A stretch of 63,978 nt of DNA, filler included, from Candidatus Woesearchaeota archaeon (lineage in GTDB: Archaea > Nanobdellota > Nanobdellia > Woesearchaeales > CG1-02-33-12), in the NCBI GenBank assembly GCA_018399355.1. It is 6 parts of 6 records of this genome, joined end to end, with 100 filler letters (N's around TTAATTAATTAA, not from the genome) between each part and the next. Parts side by side here need not be neighbours in the genome. Positions count along the whole stretch, not along the records: positions 1 to 12,638 come from JAGYOA010000027.1; 5 more parts are not named here. The stretch is one strand, 5' to 3'. The notes under the pieces were generated by a model that had not been told where the DNA came from, made no database searches, and worked only from the letters and a program-made list of their open reading frames with translations. How positions within the stretch are numbered: the stretch's first letter is position 1; each line of letters opens with the position of its first letter. Positions 1 through 9,561 of this stretch are shown here, piece after piece. Made by a program: the position numbers and the translations under genes.

Positions 1-69
1 CAAAAAATATAAAAGAACTTAAAAATAATAATATTATATTAATATATTTATTCAAGATTACCAGCGCAT

Positions 70-2241
70 TTAACCGCCTGCGAATCCTGCTTCTAAAACC
101 GTTGTTGCAACAAAGTTGAAAAACAAGGTAACTATGAATGCTATAAATATGTAAAGTATTGTGCTTTTTATTAAATTCTGTCCAATTAAATATCTTTCAT
201 TAAGGGAATCTGAGCCGTTTTCAACACCATTTGCAAGTATTGTAAGAATATAAACAATCTGAACAACATACAACCCAACAATTATCTGGAAATAATAGGT
301 TGGCATTCCATCACCAAACATGCTTTCCATTCCGCCGGCGCCCATTGCAGCATCCCCTGATTCTGCTGCAAGGTCTCCCACTTGTGTTCCAAGCTTCTGC
401 AGGATTGTTGTAACCATGGATGTTATTCCAACAACAACCCCTGCAATTGCAGGAGCCATAAAAGATATCTGTGACTTCATTGATGATATAACATCTGCAA
501 GAAGATCCTTTAACCTTTCATCAACTCTGTGTATTTCCTTGATATACCTGGAAACATTTGTAAGCGCCTGTGCAGCAACCATGGGCCCTTTCTTAATGGC
601 CTGTATAAGCACCTTCATTGAGCTTTCTATTATGTTGGAAGGATAAAATAATATTGCCCCTGATTTTTCGTTGAATATTGCTTCCTTAACACCCATGCCG
701 AGCTTGGTTATATTCATGTTGACTACCTGAAAAAAGCTTCCGGAAGTGGTATCTCTCATTACATCCGCAACCTTACTGAATGCAATTTCAGCAGGAATTC
801 CATCCCCTAATCTGTTTCCAAGCTGGAACAGTGCTGATGCAAACTCATTCTCAAGCTTTTTTGTCTGCTCTCTTATCTTAATAAGGTTTTTTGACCTTAT
901 ATTATGGTATATTCCTATGCTTAATCCAAAAGCAAGGGTTATGAAAAAGCTCAGCAAAGCAGCTCCTAATCCAAAAGGCCCGACTATTTTTTCAACCATT
1001 GGACCTTCCTTGGCGACACTCACATGATAGTCAAGAAAATGGAATCCTGCAATTGGTGGAGGGTCAACAAAACCTGGGATAAGAGGAAGTATAACTGGAA
1101 GAATTCCAATGAAAAAAAGAAATACTCCAATAAATACACTCAAAAAAAGAGGGTTTATTCTCATCTCTGCCGGTCCTATTTTAAGAATGATATTCTTGTA
1201 TTTTGCAAGCTCGGGATTGGACTGAGATAAATCTGTTTCACCATAGCCCGTAGGTCTTTTTGAAAGGATTACTTTGCCGAAATAATAAACAATTATAGGT
1301 AGACTTACATTATAAATAACAGCTATATGGTACCATTTCACTGTTTCCATAAAGCTGACTATAAGAGGGAGTATAACCAGTCCAAGAAGAGGCATTATGA
1401 CTCCAAGCATATGAAGCGTCTGCATCGGAGACTGTAAATTATGGGCGTAATGAAGCATCTTCTCGTATGTTCCTTCAAGCATGACATCAAGAGCCCTATC
1501 AACTAAAGCCAATCTCCTGTCTTCAGACGGCTCATAAAGCGATGACTCAACAAGATGAAAGGATTCTATGAACTCTATGTTCCATTTTCTCCATGTCTCA
1601 AGATAGAGATCAAGGGCTTCTTTTACTGACTCATACTTTTCTGATTCAACGTCCCACAATATTTTTTTCAAATCCAAAGACAATGGGGGAGCGATATGCT
1701 CTGCTGCAAATGCTATTGCTCCCTCAAGATTCGATGTATGCCTCATGTACGTAACAACATAGAATATGCACTGGACCATCTGGTTGCTTGCCTTTAACCT
1801 CCAGTTGTTTGCTAAAAACTCAGGAAGTTTTCTAAGGACCATCATGAGAATAAGACCAACCAATATGAAATAAAAAACAAAAAAGAATGACTGAAATATG
1901 AAAAAGCTGATAAGGCTTCCAAAAAGCATTAAAACAAGGGGAGCAAATATCGCAAAGCTTTCTGTTCCTGAAGGAGTTACATTAAGGTGGCATATGCTTA
2001 TTGATTCCTCTAAAACTTCAGCGGTTTTTTTATCTGGCTTAAGCTTTAGAATGTTTTCGCTGGTTTTGCAAAGCTTTTCGTAAATGTTAAGCTCATTAGG
2101 AAGGTATTCTTTTTTGAAATCTGTGTACTCTTTTGATGACACCTCCTGCACTTTATAATTACCAGCAGAAATGTTCAACTCCTCATTTAGCTTCTCCTTA
2201 TACTTGTCAAGTATCTTTTTTAGTTCCTGGTCTTCTTCCAT
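70..2241 (-). CDS. TadC/ArlJ-like polytopic membrane platform protein (two type II secretion F-like repeats)
   Basis: 723 aa with many TM segments and two T2SS-F-like cytoplasmic repeats (TSNLEGAIAFAA; GDGIPAEIAFSKVA); lies 4 nt downstream of a secretion ATPase. Confidence 0.75.
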   Translation of the reverse strand: MEEDQELKKILDKYKEKLNEELNISAGNYKVQEVSSKEYTDFKKEYLPNELNIYEKLCKTSENILKLKPDKKTAEVLEESISICHLNVTPSGTESFAIFAPLVLMLFGSLISFFIFQSFFFVFYFILVGLILMMVLRKLPEFLANNWRLKASNQMVQCIFYVVTYMRHTSNLEGAIAFAAEHIAPPLSLDLKKILWDVESEKYESVKEALDLYLETWRKWNIEFIESFHLVESSLYEPSEDRRLALVDRALDVMLEGTYEKMLHYAHNLQSPMQTLHMLGVIMPLLGLVILPLIVSFMETVKWYHIAVIYNVSLPIIVYYFGKVILSKRPTGYGETDLSQSNPELAKYKNIILKIGPAEMRINPLFLSVFIGVFLFFIGILPVILPLIPGFVDPPPIAGFHFLDYHVSVAKEGPMVEKIVGPFGLGAALLSFFITLAFGLSIGIYHNIRSKNLIKIREQTKKLENEFASALFQLGNRLGDGIPAEIAFSKVADVMRDTTSGSFFQVVNMNITKLGMGVKEAIFNEKSGAILFYPSNIIESSMKVLIQAIKKGPMVAAQALTNVSRYIKEIHRVDERLKDLLADVISSMKSQISFMAPAIAGVVVGITSMVTTILQKLGTQVGDLAAESGDAAMGAGGMESMFGDGMPTYYFQIIVGLYVVQIVYILTILANGVENGSDSLNERYLIGQNLIKSTILYIFIAFIVTLFFNFVATTVLEAGFAGG

Positions 2242-2245
2242 AAAG

Positions 2246-4534
2246 TTATTTGGCTTTTTTGCTTTTCAATTCCTTTTTCAGCCATTCCTCCCATTCATTT
2301 AATATCCTTTTGCTGTCCAGAGAGCCTATCTCTTCATGAATTTTGTCAGAAATTCTATGGAATTCATCATTTGAATTTATTACAAAATCAGCCTCAAGTA
2401 TATTAGGCATTTTAAGCTTGTTGGAATAATCAAAAAGCATTTTTTTTGTGTTTGCCCTCAGCATTATATTGCTCCATACAGCATCCCAGTCAGATGCCCA
2501 TTCTTTAACGTTTCCAGCAATTGCCTTTAAAATATCTGAATCGCCGTTTATTACATCCTTACTCGGCTCAAGCTGGTCATTTTTTGGATCGTATTTCATT
2601 AAATCAGAAAACCCTCCTTCAATCATAGGATCATTCTCCCAGTGTTTCCTGACTTCTGTGATTTCAGTTACTCTTCTCCATTTGTGGAGGCCGTCAGGGC
2701 TTTTTATTGGGTTTGCAACAACTATCAGATCTGTTGCCTTGAAAGATGTCTTCGGAACTTTAAGGTCATTTACAACCCTGTCGTAAACTCCATACGGGGA
2801 ATCACCGTGGATTGTTCCTGCAACAACATTTGCCAGAGCGCCGACACGCATTGCTTCATAAAGAGCAAGCGCTTCTGTACTTCTTACTTCTCCAACAATC
2901 AGACATGAATCACCCATTCTCAATGTTGTCCTTATTCCCTCATCAGCAGAAACCTCTGTTGTTCCCTTGGTCATTGCTGCAGCAACTTTCATGGATTGAA
3001 TGTTATATCCTAATTTCCTTAAAGAACCTACGGGAAGCTCTAATGTATCCTCAATAGTTATAATTCTGTATTTTCTCATTATCTCTACCATGACTGCCCC
3101 AAGCAGACTTGATTTTCCTGCTGACCTTGTTCCTGCAACAAGTATTGTTCTTGAGCCGTCTATAACAAAGCTTAACAGGCCTGCGGCCAAAGGAGAAATC
3201 ATCCTGTTTTTTATAAATAAAGGCAGTGTCCATGGCTTATCTCTGTGTCTTCTAAAAGCGTATGCAAGCCCACTTGGATTGAGGGGAGCAGATATAACTG
3301 CTACTCTCGCTCTTGCATTGGGTATTGTTAATTCTGTATCAAGGATTGGATTTGCCTCGTCAAGAGGCCTACCTGAAAGCATTCTTAATTTAGATGCCCA
3401 TGACTCTGATTCTGTTCTTGTTGGAATAATATTTGTTGAGCATTCTCCAAACTCCTGGTGGACTATAAATATTGGTGTCTGCCCCATTGGACTGTTTATT
3501 GTTATATCCTGCACTTTATCGTCCTGAAGCAAAACTTCAATTAATCCAAATCCAACAGTATATCTAACTAAAATATTTGTCAGCTCCTCAACATCTTTTG
3601 ATTTCAGGGTTAGGTTGCTGTGCTCTGCAAGGTCTTCTATTAAATCATGGCCTATGTTGTAAAAAACCTGCCTCATTCTCTCAGGATTGACAAATTCTGA
3701 CTGCTTTGGCTGGTATTCGGAAATTATCTTTCTTGCCTTGTCAAGAAGGTCATATTTCTCTTCTGATATCTTGAATTCAGGAGGAAGTATATGATAAAGA
3801 TACTGCACTGTGTCAGGAACATCAAATATTGTTACCTCATTTTCTCCTATCATATAACTTGCAAGCTCATCTCCCTCTGAAGGATATGAGGCCATTAGTT
3901 TAGTGAACATAAAATCCGGCTTTATTGTGGGAGAGAAAATCTGCCTGTAAACACTTCTATCCCCTATTTTAAAACCTGCTATATAAGGCTTTGCAAGGGT
4001 AATTAATTTTGTTTTATCAAGAACTGAGATAATATAATTTAATATTGATATGAATTTTTTTTCGCAATGAATGCACTCCTCATTTGATGTTTTTTCAATA
4101 TTTATCTTTTCTCTTCTTAAGGTCCTTTTAAGCTCAACATATGCTCCGACAGGATCGCTCATAAGCAGATTAAAGATTATATCCTTTATCCTTGAGTACC
4201 TGTAGTTTGCGCATTTAGTGCATCCAGAATCAGATGCAAAGTTCATGTACTCAAAAAGCTTTTTCTGTCTGGCTATTTTTTTATATGCCTTTGATATTTC
4301 AACTAAAATCTGGGCCTGGTCATAATCATACTCATAATCCCTTTTCTGCGAGAAAACAATTTTTGTAACATTTCCAGATTCTATAAGCTTTGCTATTGTT
4401 TTTGACATGCATTGAGGGTTGTCCTCTAAAGAAGGAAGAAATGTGCATTTCTCACAGTTTACCTTCAGTATTGCCTCGTCTCCCTCTCTTATAACTTCAT
4501 AAGAACAGATTTTTTTACCCTTGAACAACGCCAT
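2246..4534 (-). CDS. Type II/IV secretion (VirB11/TadA/ArlI-family) ATPase with long Cys-containing N-terminal region
   Basis: Walker A GTRSAGKS, Asp box TIEDTLEL, Walker B LIVGEVR, His box GTIHG; N-terminal CEKC, CTKC and CIHC pairs. Confidence 0.9.
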   Translation of the reverse strand: MALFKGKKICSYEVIREGDEAILKVNCEKCTFLPSLEDNPQCMSKTIAKLIESGNVTKIVFSQKRDYEYDYDQAQILVEISKAYKKIARQKKLFEYMNFASDSGCTKCANYRYSRIKDIIFNLLMSDPVGAYVELKRTLRREKINIEKTSNEECIHCEKKFISILNYIISVLDKTKLITLAKPYIAGFKIGDRSVYRQIFSPTIKPDFMFTKLMASYPSEGDELASYMIGENEVTIFDVPDTVQYLYHILPPEFKISEEKYDLLDKARKIISEYQPKQSEFVNPERMRQVFYNIGHDLIEDLAEHSNLTLKSKDVEELTNILVRYTVGFGLIEVLLQDDKVQDITINSPMGQTPIFIVHQEFGECSTNIIPTRTESESWASKLRMLSGRPLDEANPILDTELTIPNARARVAVISAPLNPSGLAYAFRRHRDKPWTLPLFIKNRMISPLAAGLLSFVIDGSRTILVAGTRSAGKSSLLGAVMVEIMRKYRIITIEDTLELPVGSLRKLGYNIQSMKVAAAMTKGTTEVSADEGIRTTLRMGDSCLIVGEVRSTEALALYEAMRVGALANVVAGTIHGDSPYGVYDRVVNDLKVPKTSFKATDLIVVANPIKSPDGLHKWRRVTEITEVRKHWENDPMIEGGFSDLMKYDPKNDQLEPSKDVINGDSDILKAIAGNVKEWASDWDAVWSNIMLRANTKKMLFDYSNKLKMPNILEADFVINSNDEFHRISDKIHEEIGSLDSKRILNEWEEWLKKELKSKKAK

Positions 4535-4535
4535 C

Positions 4536-4685
4536 TTAACTTTTATTCTCCTCCTCTTTTTTAAGAAGCCTTATAGCAACCTCTATAAGGTGCGATTTAT
4601 TCCTATATTTAAGATTATCCTTAAGCTGAGAACTAATCCAGTAAACTAGCTTTTTGTCAATGGTTGCGCTTATTGGCTTTTTCAT
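4536..4685 (-). CDS. Small ribbon-helix-helix (CopG/Arc-like) DNA-binding protein, 49 aa; absent from ORF track
   Basis: Manual translation MKKPISATIDKKLVYWISSQLKDNLKYRNKSHLIEVAIRLLKKEEENKS; beta-strand ISATID followed by helices with the YRNKSHLIEVAI pattern; stop is 1 nt before the ATPase ATG. Confidence 0.7.
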   Translation of the reverse strand: MKKPISATIDKKLVYWISSQLKDNLKYRNKSHLIEVAIRLLKKEEENKS

Positions 4686-4728
4686 ATTATAAAATATATT
4701 TAATGTTTTTTATATTATTTTATAATAT
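4684..4728. promoter_or_regulatory. 13-bp perfect inverted repeat over the RHH start/promoter; candidate operator
   Basis: ATATTATAAAATA (4684-4696) and TATTTTATAATAT (4716-4728); further TTATAATAT copy at 4751-4759; all A/T, so chance is not excluded. Confidence 0.35.
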
Positions 4729-4815
4729 AATACCTATTTAAATTTTTCGATTATAATATACTACTTTACCGTGCTAACATAAGATTTATTATTAAGAGTG
4801 TTTATATTGTTAATT

Positions 4816-5199
4816 ATGGAGCAAGAAACACAAGAACAAAGCCCTAGAATTATGAATGTATCAACATTGATAAACAGTGTAAACAGACGCGTTAGGGTTC
4901 TTGAAGAAAGAAATAATCATTTACAGAGAAAAACAGAAGTTATTGAAGACAATATGATAAACAACCACAAAGAAGTTTCTGAAAAAATAAAAAAAATGAA
5001 TGAAGATGTAAAAGAAATAAAAAGAAATTTTGAAGAGGTAAAGGAAAGCATGAACCTTCTTGTAAGAGAAATCCAGTCAAAGGCAAAAAAGGATGATGTT
5101 GATTATTTAAAAAAATATATTGATCTTTGGAACCCTACTGATTTTGTTACCAACAATGAATTAGACAAAGCTGTTAAGAGGATATTAGGCAAGAAATAG
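4816..5199 (+). CDS. Coiled-coil hypothetical protein
   Basis: Heptad pattern throughout, C-terminal YIDLWNP; ATG 4816 lies about 30 nt after a TTTATTA box (probably leaderless). Confidence 0.7.
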   Translation: MEQETQEQSPRIMNVSTLINSVNRRVRVLEERNNHLQRKTEVIEDNMINNHKEVSEKIKKMNEDVKEIKRNFEEVKESMNLLVREIQSKAKKDDVDYLKKYIDLWNPTDFVTNNELDKAVKRILGKK

Positions 5200-5246
5200 A
5201 AAATTTTAAAAAGTCTCTGAGAAAACAATACAGTTAAGGTGAAATA

Positions 5247-5945
5247 ATGGCCTTATTCGGCTCAAAAAAAGGTGAAGAGGAAAACAATCAGGAATATGCA
5301 AACGCTGACCCTGTTGAACTAGTTCTGCAGATGCGAGATCAGGGGCTTTCCAACAACCAGATAATTTCAAGCATGCAGAGAGAAGGATACCAAACAACTC
5401 AGATTTTTGATGCAATGAACCAGGCCGATTTAAAGAGGGCAAACGGAGCTCCTGAGGAGCAAAACCAGTTCTCGCAGCAGCAATTTCAGCAGCAAATATC
5501 GCCTAATGAATTAATGTATCCTGATGAGCAGCAGCAATTTCAGCAGCCAAATCAGAATGTTCAGCAGGAAGTTTACAGCCAGCCAACTTATGACCAGGAA
5601 GATGCAACAAAAATAGAAGAGCTTGTTGAGGCAATTGTTGAAGAAAAATGGATTGACCTTGTAAAGGATGTAAAAAAGGTTATAGAATGGAAGTCAACTG
5701 TTGATTCAGATATTGCGTCAATAAAGCAGGAAGTTGATGACTTAAAGGAAAGCTTTAATTCTTTGCAGAAAAACATAATAGGAAAAATAGATGAGTATGA
5801 CAGGAATATATCCAGTGCAAGCACAAACATAAAGGCAATGGAAAATGTTTTTCAAAAGTCAATTCCAAGGTTCACTGAAAACATAAACGAGCTTTCAAGA
5901 ACAGTGGAAGATTTAAGAAACATGCATAATAAAAAGAAAAAGTAA
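5247..5945 (+). CDS. Hypothetical protein: helical N-domain, Gln-rich linker, C-terminal coiled coil
   Basis: 232-aa ORF with AAGGTGA RBS; QQQFQQ repeats; IEELVEAIVEEKW followed by heptads. Confidence 0.75.
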   Translation: MALFGSKKGEEENNQEYANADPVELVLQMRDQGLSNNQIISSMQREGYQTTQIFDAMNQADLKRANGAPEEQNQFSQQQFQQQISPNELMYPDEQQQFQQPNQNVQQEVYSQPTYDQEDATKIEELVEAIVEEKWIDLVKDVKKVIEWKSTVDSDIASIKQEVDDLKESFNSLQKNIIGKIDEYDRNISSASTNIKAMENVFQKSIPRFTENINELSRTVEDLRNMHNKKKK

Positions 5946-5953
5946 TTCTAATT

Positions 5954-6529
5954 TTATTTCATTATAATCTGCTGGGCTTCTCTCGATATAAAAGTCATTG
6001 CAAACGCCCCTATAATAAGGATTAATACTAATCCCAACAATTTTGGATGTGTTAAAGTTCCAACAAGGGCATCCTCTCCTTTTGTTCCAACTTCTGAGTT
6101 TTTTCCAGATATATTCATTTCACCGTTTTCTGTGGTTTCAGCTGTTCCTGAAAAAAAAGTTTTTCCAAGGGTTGAAAGGATTATTATAAGGATTATTATA
6201 AGCAGAAATGTTCTTGTGCCTCCTTCTGAGCCCATTATGCTTCTTACATCTGCATCATTTGCACCCATAAACCTATAAATTAGCAAGATAAAAAACAGAA
6301 AGAAAATTATAACAACAAAAGTTGGTGTTATAATGCTTATTATATCCCTTGTTGAGCTTGAGAAAATAACTAAAACAGCTATAAGAAACGCCAATATGGC
6401 GCTAAGATTCTTGTTTTCAGTGGGAAACTTTGTGGCCTGCATAACTGCAAAAACCAGAACAAAAAGGAATAAAAAGTAGAATATTATGTTGAAATATTCA
6501 AGCATTCCCATATCTAAAAAAGTTGCCAT
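5954..6529 (-). CDS. Polytopic membrane protein, paralog 3 of tandem triplet
   Basis: About 5 TM segments; N-terminal IIFYFLFLFVLVFAVMQAT aligns with the two neighbours. Confidence 0.8.
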   Translation of the reverse strand: MATFLDMGMLEYFNIIFYFLFLFVLVFAVMQATKFPTENKNLSAILAFLIAVLVIFSSSTRDIISIITPTFVVIIFFLFFILLIYRFMGANDADVRSIMGSEGGTRTFLLIIILIIILSTLGKTFFSGTAETTENGEMNISGKNSEVGTKGEDALVGTLTHPKLLGLVLILIIGAFAMTFISREAQQIIMK

Positions 6530-6534
6530 TTTTA

Positions 6535-7080
6535 CTATGGTTTTTTAACCACTAAATCTCTAAGTGGTTTAAATAAACCTTCTCCTCCACCTGTTACTGC
6601 AGCTATTACTATTCCAAAAACAAGCAAAACAAGCACAACGCTTAATGTATCTGAATCAATGTTAAACCAGTTGAACTTCGCCCACCATCCAGCTGAAAGA
6701 CCAAATAAATATATGACTACTGCAAATGCTATAAAAAGTATCCATCCTGAATTATTATCTTTTGTTTGATATCCAAAAACTCCTGAAAGCATTAATACCA
6801 TTATTATTGCAACTAAAACAAGGGCAATATCAGGAAGGAAACTGTTTATTATTAAAACAGCATTTTTTCCATGGGGATAGGTTCCCATTATGTGCGGAAT
6901 AACAACAACCATGGCAAGAACTAATGCTATAATTGTGTTAAACCTTTTACTGTCTTGTCCAAATATCATTGACTTTTGCAAAACTGCAAAAACAAGTGTA
7001 AATATAAGCAGGAACGGAAGCATTACATCAAGCATTCCCCAGCTTTCAAGTGTTTGAAAGACCTCGACTAAATTGGCCAT
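6535..7080 (-). CDS. Polytopic membrane protein, paralog 2 of tandem triplet
   Basis: About 5 TM segments; GMLDVMLPFLLIFTLVFAVLQKS; GGAGG RBS. Confidence 0.85.
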   Translation of the reverse strand: MANLVEVFQTLESWGMLDVMLPFLLIFTLVFAVLQKSMIFGQDSKRFNTIIALVLAMVVVIPHIMGTYPHGKNAVLIINSFLPDIALVLVAIIMVLMLSGVFGYQTKDNNSGWILFIAFAVVIYLFGLSAGWWAKFNWFNIDSDTLSVVLVLLVFGIVIAAVTGGGEGLFKPLRDLVVKKP

Positions 7081-7096
7081 TTTTTAACCTCCTTTT

Positions 7097-7675
7097 TTAT
7101 TCTTCTTTTTTTTCTTTTTTCGGACCGCCGGATTTGGTTATCCAGCCCATTATTAGTATAACAAAAAATATGAGTATTAGAGATGCAACCCAATCAGTGT
7201 TCCACTTGGTGCTCATGAAATCCATTATCCATCCCAGCCATGACTGGCCGCTTTCTGTTTTTATTGCATTGAGGAATATCCCGATTATTCCAACAAACAT
7301 TATAATAGTGAATATTCCTGTCCATGGTTTTTCAAGGAAAAAACCTTCTTCTTTTTCCTGAGCAAATGAACCAACGAGCATAAGGAAAAGTATTGAAAGC
7401 AACAAAAGTATGACGACCTGAGATGAAACTGTTGTTATCACCTCAACAAGCTTTGACGATGCCACAACAAAAAAAGCAACAACAAAAGCAACCATTGCAT
7501 CCAGGTTCTTTTTTGTGTATTTTTTATTGTCAACCTTGTCATATCCAAAAATCGCTGTTTTTTCAAGTATTGCAAAAACAATTGTGAATACAAGAAGGAA
7601 TGGAAGGATAACATCATATATCCCAAGCTTGGCCATAAAATCAATTGTTCCTCTGAATACAGATTGCTCAACCAT
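7097..7675 (-). CDS. Polytopic membrane protein, paralog 1 of tandem triplet
   Basis: About 5 TM segments; GIYDVILPFLLVFTIVFAILEKT; own TTTATATA box at about 7700-7707 on the minus strand. Confidence 0.85.
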   Translation of the reverse strand: MVEQSVFRGTIDFMAKLGIYDVILPFLLVFTIVFAILEKTAIFGYDKVDNKKYTKKNLDAMVAFVVAFFVVASSKLVEVITTVSSQVVILLLLSILFLMLVGSFAQEKEEGFFLEKPWTGIFTIIMFVGIIGIFLNAIKTESGQSWLGWIMDFMSTKWNTDWVASLILIFFVILIMGWITKSGGPKKEKKEE

Positions 7676-7733
7676 CCTGTATTATCAGTAGTTGAAGTAT
7701 ATATAAAGTTTTCGCTTTTTAAAGAGGAAGTTT

Positions 7734-8498
7734 TCAACTTTTTATGAAAACGCGCTGATAGTTCATGAATATATTGTTTGCAACTTCTTGCTTATCCATG
7801 AATTTTATTTCAGCTATTTTATTTATTGTTCGAATTATGAAAGCCGGCTCATTTCTTTTATCTTTGAATGGGCTAAGAAAAGGAGCATCTGTTTCTGTTA
7901 AAATTTGGCTTAGGTCAACAATTTCAACCATTTTCTGGAATTGTTGTGATCTCACTATATTGGTTGGAACTGAAAAATAATATTTAAGTTTTGCAGCTTT
8001 TTTTATCAAGTTAATTTTTCCGCTGAAACAATGAAGAACAACTTTTTCAGCTTTTTCTTTTTCAAGTATTTCAATTGTTTCCTGTTCTGCTTTTCTTGTG
8101 TGCACTATTATCGGCTTTTTGATTTTTTTTGCAAGTTTTATTATTTTTTTGAATGCGCTAATTTGTCTTTGCTTTTGTTTTTCATCATCATTGTATTTAA
8201 AATCCAGTCCTACTTCTCCAACTGCTATTATTTTATTTTTATTTTTCTCAATGAATTTTATTTCATTTTCTATTTCTCCATCACTCATTTCATTGACATA
8301 TTCAGGATAAAGGCCGAGAGCAGCCTTAACAATATCATACTTTTCGCTTATTTCAAGAACCTTTAAGTTGCTTTCATGATTAATTCCGTTAGTAATAATA
8401 GCCTTTACTCCTTGTTTTTTGGCCCTCTGAATAACTTCATCTAAGTCAGAATCAAATTCTTTCATATCAAGATGGGCATGAACATCAACTAATAACAT
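7734..8498 (-). CDS. tatD: TatD-family metal-dependent DNase
   Basis: DVHAHL, AVGEVGLD, VHTR, LHCFSG and ETDAPF motifs. Confidence 0.92.
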   Translation of the reverse strand: MLLVDVHAHLDMKEFDSDLDEVIQRAKKQGVKAIITNGINHESNLKVLEISEKYDIVKAALGLYPEYVNEMSDGEIENEIKFIEKNKNKIIAVGEVGLDFKYNDDEKQKQRQISAFKKIIKLAKKIKKPIIVHTRKAEQETIEILEKEKAEKVVLHCFSGKINLIKKAAKLKYYFSVPTNIVRSQQFQKMVEIVDLSQILTETDAPFLSPFKDKRNEPAFIIRTINKIAEIKFMDKQEVANNIFMNYQRVFIKS

Positions 8499-8535
8499 AA
8501 AAAGAAAAATTGTTCTTTTTTATTTAAAGCTTTGT

Positions 8536-9561
8536 TTAATCAACAATAACTGTGTCTAATTTGTCAAGATTGCAGAAGTCAGTTGAGTATGTGTAGGCCC
8601 CTGCATTCAGAAAAACAATTTTATCTTTAACTTTTGGATTTTCAAGATAAACCCTATATCTAAATATATCCATTGAATCAGGAGTGCATCCTTTTATAAC
8701 ATAAGGAGTTCCATTTTTTAATTCATTTTCAATCAGCAATCTTATATCTGCAACAAAGGTATCCATTGCAGAATTGAAAACAGAGCAGTTGATAACAATA
8801 TTATTATCATATATATTGATAATCTCTGCTTCAAGCTTTGCACAAGGGGCAGCAATAAAACGCCCGGGCTCTGAAATCATTTCTATGTTGTAAGAATTAA
8901 GCCATTCCTTAAGCTCTTTTATTTTTTTAAATATTAAATCCTCGACATTATCATTGTAGTTTCTATAACCCACAGGCATTCCCCCTCCAATGTTAACAAT
9001 ATCTATATTTTTCATTGTTTCATCAGAAATTGATTTGCTTAATTCATATTTCAATGACCATTCTCCTATGTTTTGTGTTTTTCTGTGAAAGTGTATACCA
9101 AGCTTTCCTATATTTTTGTTCTCCCTCAGTTCAGGAATAAGCTTATTAACTTGTGAAGAATAAAGTCCGTAAACATAGTGCTTTCCTGTTTTTACTGTGT
9201 TTTCCTTTAACCTCATTCTCAAAAGAAGGTTTATTTTCTTTTTATTTTTAGAAATATAATCAAGCAAAACCTCTAAATCATTCTCATTGTCAACAACAAA
9301 GTTTTCAACCTGGTTTTCAAACAAAATATCAAGGTCTTTATCATTCCATGCCTGTGCAAAAAACCATATTCTTTTCTTATCTTTAATATAATTTAAGGAT
9401 TTCATAAAATGCACTGAAAAAAAGCATTTTGTTTTTTCTTCAAGAATTTCAGCAACGATTGGATTTGTCTTTACGCTGTATGAAACAATGTCTGAAATTT
9501 TTTTTATCTTATTGTACTGCTCAATAACCTTTGACCTTGAAAGTATGAACCTTGCCTTCAT
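8536..9561 (-). CDS. PLP-dependent group IV (Orn/Lys/Arg/DAP-type) decarboxylase, divergent
   Basis: YSVKTNP (PLP lysine), HFH, NIGGG, EPGRF, GAYT; GCTPDSMD in place of GPTCDxxD. Confidence 0.8.
   Translation of the reverse strand: MKARFILSRSKVIEQYNKIKKISDIVSYSVKTNPIVAEILEEKTKCFFSVHFMKSLNYIKDKKRIWFFAQAWNDKDLDILFENQVENFVVDNENDLEVLLDYISKNKKKINLLLRMRLKENTVKTGKHYVYGLYSSQVNKLIPELRENKNIGKLGIHFHRKTQNIGEWSLKYELSKSISDETMKNIDIVNIGGGMPVGYRNYNDNVEDLIFKKIKELKEWLNSYNIEMISEPGRFIAAPCAKLEAEIINIYDNNIVINCSVFNSAMDTFVADIRLLIENELKNGTPYVIKGCTPDSMDIFRYRVYLENPKVKDKIVFLNAGAYTYSTDFCNLDKLDTVIVD

Noticed and set aside
70..4534. Archaellum motor (arlI/arlJ)
   Set aside because: No archaellin, ArlH, ArlF or ArlG visible; ATPase N-terminus is atypically long
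5474..5547. 20-nt direct repeat GCAGCAGCAATTTCAGCAGC, two copies 54 nt apart
   Set aside because: Encodes QQQFQQ in a low-complexity linker; only two copies and no cas genes, so not a CRISPR array
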